Below are positions 49,078 through 56,771 of a DNA stretch of 64,000 nt, piece by piece. The first letter of the stretch is position 1, and each line of letters opens with the position of its first letter. The stretch is from NCBI GenBank assembly GCA_016875335.1, contig VGRO01000001.1, positions 51,724 to 115,723 of the forward strand. The letters run 5' to 3'. Origin of the DNA: Deltaproteobacteria bacterium (GTDB lineage Bacteria > Myxococcota_A > UBA9042). Under the pieces are notes generated by a model that saw nothing but the letters and a program-made list of their open reading frames with translations, was not told the DNA's origin and searched no databases. Made by a program: the position numbers and the translations under genes.

Positions 49078-50397
49078 TCAAAAGGCCGTGTCGAGCGTGA
49101 CCACGCACAGGTGCTCTGTGGTCAGGGTCGCGTCGGCCGCGATCTTCTTGACCGACCGCATGCCCTCGCCTGGCTGGAAAAGGCCGTAAAGGACGTGCAG
49201 CGATGCGCCCTTCTGGAATTTCCACAGCAGGCGCACGTCCACTTCTTTGCCCAGGTCGGTCTCGGGTTGCTTGTCGCCCGCCGCCTTGAGCGCGTCGCCG
49301 GCCAGGGCATGGGTGGCGAACAGGTGGACGTCGAGACCCACCGACAGGCCCGCGGCCGGGCTCGCCGACAAGGTGACGCCCATGTCGCGCAAGCCGCGTT
49401 GGAGCGTGTCCTTGCCGAAGGCCAGGAAGTAGTCCATCTCGCCGTACCAGCGGTGGTTGGTGCCGTAGTTCAGTTCGAAGGCATTTGGGGCGTTGCCGTC
49501 GCCCGAAAGGTCCTCGAAGAACAGGCCGACGGTCGGCGTGCCCGGCGCCGGCAAGCTGTACGCTGCACGCACGCCGAGCATGCTCGCCGAGATGTCTTTG
49601 TCGCCGAGATGGCCCAACTGCTGGTAGAACTCGGCCATGAACGACACATCGGCCACCTTGCCTTCGGCGAATAGCCCCTCGGTCAGCCGCAGTTCGTTGG
49701 CCGTCTTGACCGCCGTGTCGTTCTTGCGCGCCAACGACATCAGCGAGACCTTGGCGATCTTGCCCACCGCATACTTGCCGTGGACCCCGCCGAAGTACAC
49801 GTCGCCGGCCCCGCCCGCAGGCACGTGGCCATCGCCGTCCACCGCGTCGCGTTCGGTGATGAGCGCCGCAAAGCCGCTGACGTCCCAGGCATCTTGGGCG
49901 TAGCGCAGGCGGGCCGCGTCGAAACGGCGGGCTCGCATGGTCCAGTCCAGGTTGCCGACGATGCGGTGCTGATCCAGGATGATCTCCTGCTTGCCCAGCT
50001 GCAGCGACAAGCCCTGCACGCCGAGCGGCACGAGCGCGTACGCTTCGTGGATGTCCATGCCGAGCGCGCCGTTGCTGAGGACCGGCTGGCCTGAGGCGTG
50101 GGTTTCTTCGCCCCAGACGCGCACGTCCTGGAAGCGCACGACGACCTTGGTGCCGCTGGTGTGCGCGGCGGCCATACCGATGCGGGCGCGGTGCGAGAGC
50201 CACTCGCGGTCCGCGATGTCGTCGCCCACAAAGTTCTTGCCGCTGTCGAATTGTCCGCGCAGCTTGTATTGGCCGTCGAACGACAGCTTCCAGTCAGCGG
50301 ACTCCAGGGTCGGGTGATCCTGCGAAAAGCCGGGCGTCGCCAGCGCGAGCAGGGTCAGTGCGCAGAAAAGGGGCAGGGAGCGTTTCGAGCGATTCAT
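49078..50397 (-). CDS. Alginate-export-family outer-membrane beta-barrel
   Basis: Signal peptide, FQDVRVWG, DIHEAY, GKQEI..HRIVGNLDW..RRFDA, YGTNHRWYGEMDYF, terminal Phe. Confidence 0.88.
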   Translation of the reverse strand: MNRSKRSLPLFCALTLLALATPGFSQDHPTLESADWKLSFDGQYKLRGQFDSGKNFVGDDIADREWLSHRARIGMAAAHTSGTKVVVRFQDVRVWGEETHASGQPVLSNGALGMDIHEAYALVPLGVQGLSLQLGKQEIILDQHRIVGNLDWTMRARRFDAARLRYAQDAWDVSGFAALITERDAVDGDGHVPAGGAGDVYFGGVHGKYAVGKIAKVSLMSLARKNDTAVKTANELRLTEGLFAEGKVADVSFMAEFYQQLGHLGDKDISASMLGVRAAYSLPAPGTPTVGLFFEDLSGDGNAPNAFELNYGTNHRWYGEMDYFLAFGKDTLQRGLRDMGVTLSASPAAGLSVGLDVHLFATHALAGDALKAAGDKQPETDLGKEVDVRLLWKFQKGASLHVLYGLFQPGEGMRSVKKIAADATLTTEHLCVVTLDTAF

Positions 50398-50678
50398 GGC
50401 ATTGTCCTGAAAACCTGGCGGTTTCGAAGCAACCCGGTTCGCTCCAGGTGCAGCCACAGCATGCGCCCTTCGCGCCCAAACCGGCATGGCTCAATCGACA
50501 AAAACGTCGGTTGTGCGTCATGCTACGGTCACGACGGGCACATGTGTCGCGCCGCGCCGTGAATGTGCCGACTTGCAAAGGTGGCCGGCAAGCGCTGGCT
50601 GCGGCGTCAGTGATTGTCGGCGTGCGCGGGTGGCAATCGAACGCCCAATCCGCGGCGTCGCCCTGGTTTCGGCTCGGC

Positions 50679-51350
50679 TCAGCGATCCAGTGGCCGCGGT
50701 GGCGCGCCCATTTCGAGAACCGCCTGGGTGTCGCGGAACAGCACCATGGCGGCGTTGTCGTGCACGATCGATTCGACGATCCCCAGCCCGTGGCTCTTGT
50801 GCAGCAGCACGTCGCCAGGTTTGTATTTGCGTGTGGCGTTGTAGGGCCGGCCGTCGCGCGCGCTCAACGTGGCCGTCAGGCGCTGCCAGCGCGCCCCAGG
50901 CGCGTCGCCTTGCGAGGCTGGGATGAGTCCGACGGCAGCGGCTTCGGCGGCTGCTCTTTCCTGTTCCGCGCGCGCGGCCTGCATCAGAGCTTGCGGGCCG
51001 ACGATCGGCGGAACGAGGTCGGGATCGCGGCCCATCATCTCGCGAAACGCCCTGAGCGGCATGGCCAGGTCGCCACCCTCGCCTGCGCCCTTGGCCTTGC
51101 GCGACGCAAACGTGATGATCGAAGGCGCCGACTGGTCCTTGAGGCGCTTGCGCACCATGGTCTTGAGCTTCTTGACCTGGTTCTCGCGCAACTCGTCCAT
51201 GCTCAGTTCCGGCCGCCATTGGAAGGTGTTGCGGCAGGTCCGGCAGGTGGCCGAGAACACCTCGCGGCCATCGGTGGCCGAGACGATCTGGTAGGTGTTC
51301 AGGCGGCAGCGCGGGCAGTATCCGTCCACAATGTCACCGATCTGGTGCAT
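50679..51350 (-). CDS. Zinc-ribbon protein with C-terminal SH3/Tudor-like domain
   Basis: CPRC...CRTC; Y..GDVLLHKSHGLGIV..MVLF. Confidence 0.8.
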   Translation of the reverse strand: MHQIGDIVDGYCPRCRLNTYQIVSATDGREVFSATCRTCRNTFQWRPELSMDELRENQVKKLKTMVRKRLKDQSAPSIITFASRKAKGAGEGGDLAMPLRAFREMMGRDPDLVPPIVGPQALMQAARAEQERAAAEAAAVGLIPASQGDAPGARWQRLTATLSARDGRPYNATRKYKPGDVLLHKSHGLGIVESIVHDNAAMVLFRDTQAVLEMGAPPRPLDR

Positions 51351-51616
51351 GGCATTCCTCGCCGCAGAGCGGGTGCGAGGCAACGCGCTCCTGGGTCGGG
51401 GCGCGCGCGAGTCGGGCTGTCGAGATCCGGCGGCGCGCGTCCGATGGGAGGTCGGAGCGACCGGCCAGTTGGGTGGCATCTCGCCAACCCATTGTAATCC
51501 AAGGGGCATGCGGCGGGCGCGGGCTTTCGCCGCCCATCCACGCGTGCTAGACTGACAACATGCCCGCCGCTTTGCAAGGCCGACCGGCGCCGCCGCCCTG
51601 AACCACCGGAGTTTTC

Positions 51617-53308
51617 ATGGACAATCGCGACCAGGAGGCTCCCGCCGACGGCGCCGCAGACGATCCCGGCCCGGACGACCCTGCGGCCATGTTCGAGATA
51701 CCGCCGCCCGGGGACCCAGAAGACCGCAGTTTTTTCGATGACGACGGACCGCCCGAGCCGGCGCCGCCCGAGGCGGAAGACGTGCCGGCCCACATGGATT
51801 TTCATGATTTCGTGGGCCCTGGCGCGGCCGACGCACCCGCGCATCCGCCCGATCCGCACGCGGTCCCCACCCGCCTCGGCCCCGTGGTCGCGCATGTGGT
51901 GCAGTCGGCGCCCCCCCGCCACCGCCACGGCCATCCTGCCGCCGCCGGTCCCATCGACGTGGTGCCGCCGGCCGACCTCTCGGCGGAGCGCGCCATTCTG
52001 GCTGCGGCGTTGAGCGACCCGGCGGCCCTGGCCTTGGCCCAAAGTGCCATGCGCGCGAACGACCTGTATGACCACCGACACCGCGTCTTGTTCGAGGCGA
52101 TGCGCAACCTCGCGACCCGCAGCGAAATCATCGACCCCCTCAACGTCGAGGCCGAGGCGCGGCGCCTGGGCCACGGCGACATCGTGACGCTGCAGTACCT
52201 GCTCGACCTGGCGTTCGTGCCCGGCAGCACCCTTGCCGTCGAGGGCTACGCGCGCCGCGTCGCCAAACTGTCAGTCATCCGCAAACTGCTCGACGTCACC
52301 CACAAGCTGCAAGTGGAGGGCTATGGCAAGAGCCTCGACCCCGACGCATTCCTCGATGCCGCCGACCGGCACTTTCGCGACGCCATGGATGCTGCGGTGC
52401 GCGGCGGCCCTGAGCGTGTGATGGGCATCGTCACCGAGGTCTTCAACGCCATCGTCGAGGCGGCGCAAGCCGGCGGCGCCATCCTGGGTACCTGCTCGGG
52501 ATTCCGCGACATCGACCGCATGCACCTGGGTCTGCACGCGACCGACCTCATCGTGCTCGCGGCGCGGCCCGCCATGGGCAAGAGCGCATTCGCGCTCAAC
52601 CTCGCCTACAACGTGGCGCGCCAACAACGGCGCAAAGCCCTCGACCAGCGGTGCCGGGTGGTGGTGTTCTCCCTCGAGATGGGCAAGCAACAGCTGGTCC
52701 AGCGCATGCTGAGCGCGCGGTCCGGCGTCGAACTGACCAGCCTGCGCAAGGGCGAACTCAGCCCGCAGGACGAAAGCAGCCTGCGCGAAGCCGCCGCTGA
52801 ACTTGGCGAACTCGAACTGTACATCGACGACACCGCGGGCCTGACGCCGCACGACATCCGCGCCCGCTGCAAACTCGTCGCCATGAACGGACCCATGGAC
52901 CTGGTTGTCGTCGACTACCTGCAACTGATGCGCGGCACCGGCGGCGACCGTCAGAGCACCGAGAACGCCATCGCCGAGTGCTCGCAATCGCTCAAGGGCC
53001 TGGCCAAGGAACTGCGCTGCACAGTGCTCGCTCTGTCGCAGCTGAACCGCGAGGTCGAAAACCGGTCGGGCCGCAAGCCGCAGATGAGCGACCTGCGCGG
53101 TTCCGGGTCCATCGAACAGGACGCCGACATCATCTGGTTCATCCATCGCGAGCACTACTACGACCCGACCAAGGACGAGCACCTCGCCGAGCTCATCGTG
53201 GCAAAGCACCGCGCTGGCGCCGTCGGCTCGGTGAGCCTGTACTTTGACGGGCGGCTGACCAAGTTCGGCACCTACGATGATCGCGTCAACGACAGCTACG
53301 TGGGTTGA
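51617..53308 (+). CDS. dnaB: Replicative DNA helicase with long low-complexity N-terminal extension
   Basis: AERAIL, ARPAMGKS, FSLEM, VVDYLQLM, LSQLNR, SGSIEQDAD. Confidence 0.95.
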   Translation: MDNRDQEAPADGAADDPGPDDPAAMFEIPPPGDPEDRSFFDDDGPPEPAPPEAEDVPAHMDFHDFVGPGAADAPAHPPDPHAVPTRLGPVVAHVVQSAPPRHRHGHPAAAGPIDVVPPADLSAERAILAAALSDPAALALAQSAMRANDLYDHRHRVLFEAMRNLATRSEIIDPLNVEAEARRLGHGDIVTLQYLLDLAFVPGSTLAVEGYARRVAKLSVIRKLLDVTHKLQVEGYGKSLDPDAFLDAADRHFRDAMDAAVRGGPERVMGIVTEVFNAIVEAAQAGGAILGTCSGFRDIDRMHLGLHATDLIVLAARPAMGKSAFALNLAYNVARQQRRKALDQRCRVVVFSLEMGKQQLVQRMLSARSGVELTSLRKGELSPQDESSLREAAAELGELELYIDDTAGLTPHDIRARCKLVAMNGPMDLVVVDYLQLMRGTGGDRQSTENAIAECSQSLKGLAKELRCTVLALSQLNREVENRSGRKPQMSDLRGSGSIEQDADIIWFIHREHYYDPTKDEHLAELIVAKHRAGAVGSVSLYFDGRLTKFGTYDDRVNDSYVG

Positions 53309-53313
53309 ACGGA

Positions 53314-53674
53314 CCCCATTGTTCAGGCCCGTGAATTCGCAGGGGTTGAACGCCCCCCCCATTGTTCAGGTCCATGAATTCGCAGGAACTGTGAGGCCAG
53401 CGAGTCCGCATCTTGATCGGACAGCGGCCGGCTGATCGGTGGCGCCAATGCTCCCGCCGTACGCAGATTTAGAAAGCGTAGTAATTACAATGATCTGAAC
53501 AGAGGGGGGGCATGCTGCACGCATGATACCCCCCATTGTTCAGGTCCCTGAAAACACGAAGGTATCCTCGACGGCCGCGAGCGCCGCCTCGTGGCGACCT
53601 GTGCCGCTGTCCCGGCAACGAGCGCGAGCGGCACAAAACCGGCGCGAAATCATGGATCTGAACAATGGGGGGGG
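53314..53674. repeat. Dispersed repeat, 5 copies (53314-53332 -, 53353-53375 -, 53489-53510 +, 53529-53549 -, 53652-53674 +)
   Basis: CTGAACA(AT/GA)-G4..8 motifs between convergent dnaB and 53650-54222. Confidence 0.95.
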
Positions 53675-54222
53675 AGTGGCCGCCAGCGCTGCAGTACGAA
53701 CCACGACCCCGTGGGCCAGTGGCGCCCAGCTACCTCGACCAGGGAGACTCCGAGCAGTAGCGTCGGATCGTTCGGCCGCAAAGCTACCAGTGGGTCGCGC
53801 ACCAGGCGGGTCGGGTCGACCGCGGCGTTGCGCGGGTGGACGTAGTCGAGCATCACGCCAGGACCGCAGGGTCGGCGCAGGCGCGCGCGGGTGCGCTGCC
53901 ATTCGTCGAGCTGCGTGACGTGGAAGTGGCCAAACTCCCATGGCTTGCCAGCCCGGCTGCGTAGCACGAGTTGGGCGTCGGCTTCTAGCAAGCGATCGTC
54001 GCCTTGCACGATGCGCACGTTCCAGCCGACCACGCGGTCGCCATCGGCTGCAAATGCCTTGACAAATACCGACCACGTCAACCGTTCGACCCAGCGCGGC
54101 AGGCCGAGCGAAATGCCCTGGTACTGCCATCCTGCGAGATCGCCCGGCGCCAGCGCATGACCGGCGGCCAGTGCATCCGCCAGTTGCGGTTTGGACCAAC
54201 TGCGAAACTCGGCCAGATTCAT
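53650..54222 (-). CDS. Hypothetical protein whose C-terminus derives from the dispersed repeat
   Basis: 190 aa, GWNVR, FGHF, RDPLV; ends PPHCSDP-stop within the repeat. Confidence 0.8.
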   Translation of the reverse strand: MNLAEFRSWSKPQLADALAAGHALAPGDLAGWQYQGISLGLPRWVERLTWSVFVKAFAADGDRVVGWNVRIVQGDDRLLEADAQLVLRSRAGKPWEFGHFHVTQLDEWQRTRARLRRPCGPGVMLDYVHPRNAAVDPTRLVRDPLVALRPNDPTLLLGVSLVEVAGRHWPTGSWFVLQRWRPLPPHCSDP

Positions 54223-54243
54223 GGTTCTCCGCGCGCTCGTTCG

Positions 54244-55644
54244 CTACTTGAAGCACCCCGCCAAGAACGTCCACTTGTCGAGCGCCAGGGCCGCCTGAGC
54301 GCGCTGGTCGGCGCCCCATCCCGGCGCGCGGTCCGCGAACACAGCATAGGCGGGCGTGCCGGCAAAGCACCAAAAAAGCAGCCCCGGATCGGTCATCTTG
54401 CCTGCGATGTCCAGGCCCGTCCTGCACTCGGCGAGACGCCCCGCAGCACGCTGTCGCAACACCCACGCAGCCTCGACGTGGCGCTTGAGTCCGGGGTAGC
54501 CGCCCGCGGTCTCTCTTTCGAAACAGCCTGTTGCCCCAGGTGACCCATGTGCCTTGAGCCAGGCCTTGCGGTCGAACGTCACCTGCTCGTGGGCGTGACT
54601 GACCTCTTCGTCCAAGTAGTCCAGACCCGTCGCCGGAGAATGTTGCCACGCACACAGCAGCGCAGCGTTGGCCTCGCAGTTCGGCAGATGCTGGCCACTG
54701 TAGCGGGGATTGCACTCGTTGCTCGCCGGCCACAACACCAGCCGCACACCCCGGCCCGGCTGGTCTGCCGTCCAGCGCCGATACAGAAGCCCCATCTTCT
54801 CCTTGTAGTCGTGGCGGCAGTGCGGGCACGACACGTCGAGCATCTCGACCATCGTCGGCTGGCCGGGCTTGGCCGCCGCGAGCACCAGCGACCCCTCGTC
54901 GGCGGGCAGATCCGAGTTCGGGCCGACAAGCGGCGCCATGCAGCTCTTGGCGGGGCACCTCAACATGACCTCGCCGCGGGCGACGATGAGCGGCTGGTTG
55001 TTCACGCGCTTCTTGTGCAGGCGCTCGGCTTGGGTGGTGAAGTAGAAGTCGGTGCTGACGCTGGCGATGAACCAGAACCCAACGCCCAGCGCCATGGTCG
55101 CGCCAACCTGGGCCTTCCACGCGCTGCCCTGCTGGCGCGCCAAGTCGCGCAGCCGTTCGCCGAAGTGGTTCCACGCCCAGCCCACCACCACACAGAACGC
55201 AGCGTTGGCGGCATGCATGGCCAAGCACAGCGTGCATTTTGTGCCGATCTGCACAAGGCCGATGTACAAGAAGGCCAACGTGCCCAGCAAGTCGATGATT
55301 GCCCACGCAACCAGCAGCGCGAACGCAAATGCTGCCGCCTGGAACGCGCCGGTGGTCATGGTGACCGCAAACGCGATGGCCGTGCCCAGCGCCACCGTCA
55401 TCGTCGCCATGCCCCAGATGGCGACCGGCACCCCCAGGATCTTGCCTTGGTCGCTGGTCAGCGCGCCTTTGCACGAGTCGCCCTGGCCCTTGGCGAGCGC
55501 GGCACATGAACTTGGCACACCGGTGTCCAGCCCGATCGCCAGTTCGTGGTGGCGCTGCGACGCCGACAAGCCCAGTCCGGCGCCCATGCCGGCGATGAGC
55601 ACCAACGCGAAGACCAGCAGGTAGTCCAGCAACCGACCGGTCAC
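54244..55644 (-). CDS. VKOR-family disulfide-formation protein fused to a DsbA-like thioredoxin domain
   Basis: Loop Cys pair (SSC..DSC), LGVPVAIWG, CTLC; then DVSCPHC and GTP. Confidence 0.88.
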   Translation of the reverse strand: MTGRLLDYLLVFALVLIAGMGAGLGLSASQRHHELAIGLDTGVPSSCAALAKGQGDSCKGALTSDQGKILGVPVAIWGMATMTVALGTAIAFAVTMTTGAFQAAAFAFALLVAWAIIDLLGTLAFLYIGLVQIGTKCTLCLAMHAANAAFCVVVGWAWNHFGERLRDLARQQGSAWKAQVGATMALGVGFWFIASVSTDFYFTTQAERLHKKRVNNQPLIVARGEVMLRCPAKSCMAPLVGPNSDLPADEGSLVLAAAKPGQPTMVEMLDVSCPHCRHDYKEKMGLLYRRWTADQPGRGVRLVLWPASNECNPRYSGQHLPNCEANAALLCAWQHSPATGLDYLDEEVSHAHEQVTFDRKAWLKAHGSPGATGCFERETAGGYPGLKRHVEAAWVLRQRAAGRLAECRTGLDIAGKMTDPGLLFWCFAGTPAYAVFADRAPGWGADQRAQAALALDKWTFLAGCFK

Positions 55645-56771
55645 GGCGTCTCCAGGCAGGTCAGAAGTTGCTTGACGCGGTTCGGGCATTCTTCGCGGGC
55701 GACCAGAAAGCCCAGCGCTTGCTGGCAGTTGGCGTGCGACTTTCCGTAGCGTTCGCAAATTTGCCGGGCGACATTGGGCAACTGGCGGCTGCACGCGGTC
55801 AACGGCTGGCGGTCGAGCATGGCGCGCGTCAGTTTGCTGTCTTCGGCCGGCAGCGAAACCGCGGCAGCCAACACCAGCCCGGCGGCGGCGGCCACGGCGA
55901 ACCCCAAATCCATCGCCGATCGGCCCCGCGGCTGCGGCAACGCTTGACCCAGGCCGAGCAGCGACAGCAGTTCGGCGATGTGCGCCGGGCGACTGCGCGG
56001 ATCGCTGTCGAGCGCGCGCCGCAAGGGTTCGGCCACTGTGGGCCAGCGCGCCACCAACCCCCATGCCGCCTGGGCGCGATCATCGCGGATCTGCGGCGGC
56101 GGTATGCCGCGGGCGATGCGGGCCGCCGCGGGATCCTCGTCGTTCCACGGCGTGATGCCGGTCAACGTGAAATACGCCAGCAGCGCCAACCGGAACACGT
56201 CGGTGCGCGCGTCGACCAGGCCTCCGCCCAGTTGCTCGGCCGCCATCCAGCGGGCGCGCGGCCCACCCACCACAGGCGCGGATCGGGCGAAATCCGTGAC
56301 TTTGACGGTCAGACGGCCGTCGGGCGACAGGTCGACCCACACGCTCTCGGCCGTGAGCGTGGCATGCGCCACACCCGCAAGGTGCGCGGCCTGAATCGCG
56401 TCGCCGACGGTGCGAATGACCGTTTGGGTCACCAGGTCCCAGCCGCGCGCCGCGAGGTAGCCGTGGCGTTGCTGGCCGATGCGCACGATCTCGTCCCAGC
56501 GGCGGCCCGACGGACGCTCAAAGACCAGGTGCAGGGCGCCGTCCGGCCCCGACCAGAGCCCCAAGGGTCGCACCACCGCCGGGTGCGCCACCAACCGAGT
56601 CGCCTGCAACTCGGTCTGCAACCACAGCGCCGCCGACTGCGGGTCGATGGGCACCGGGTAGCTCTTGGCCAGCGCCTGCAGTCCGTCACAGCGCGCGGGC
56701 GTCCACACCTGCGGGCCGCTGCAGGGAAGGGGCGCGCCACTGAGCACCACCCGGCCGTTTTCCAGCATCAT
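55641..56771 (-). CDS. Membrane-anchored Ser/Thr kinase-like protein (probable pseudokinase)
   Basis: HPAVV, AHATLTAESV (for HRDLKPxN), DFA, WMAAEQ, DARTDVF, TGITPW; C-terminal TM and Cys-containing tail. Confidence 0.8.
   Translation of the reverse strand: MMLENGRVVLSGAPLPCSGPQVWTPARCDGLQALAKSYPVPIDPQSAALWLQTELQATRLVAHPAVVRPLGLWSGPDGALHLVFERPSGRRWDEIVRIGQQRHGYLAARGWDLVTQTVIRTVGDAIQAAHLAGVAHATLTAESVWVDLSPDGRLTVKVTDFARSAPVVGGPRARWMAAEQLGGGLVDARTDVFRLALLAYFTLTGITPWNDEDPAAARIARGIPPPQIRDDRAQAAWGLVARWPTVAEPLRRALDSDPRSRPAHIAELLSLLGLGQALPQPRGRSAMDLGFAVAAAAGLVLAAAVSLPAEDSKLTRAMLDRQPLTACSRQLPNVARQICERYGKSHANCQQALGFLVAREECPNRVKQLLTCLETP

Noticed and set aside
50492-50513. Imperfect palindrome CAATCGAC-N6-GTCGGTTG upstream of the porin gene
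   Set aside because: Single instance with no recognisable regulator consensus
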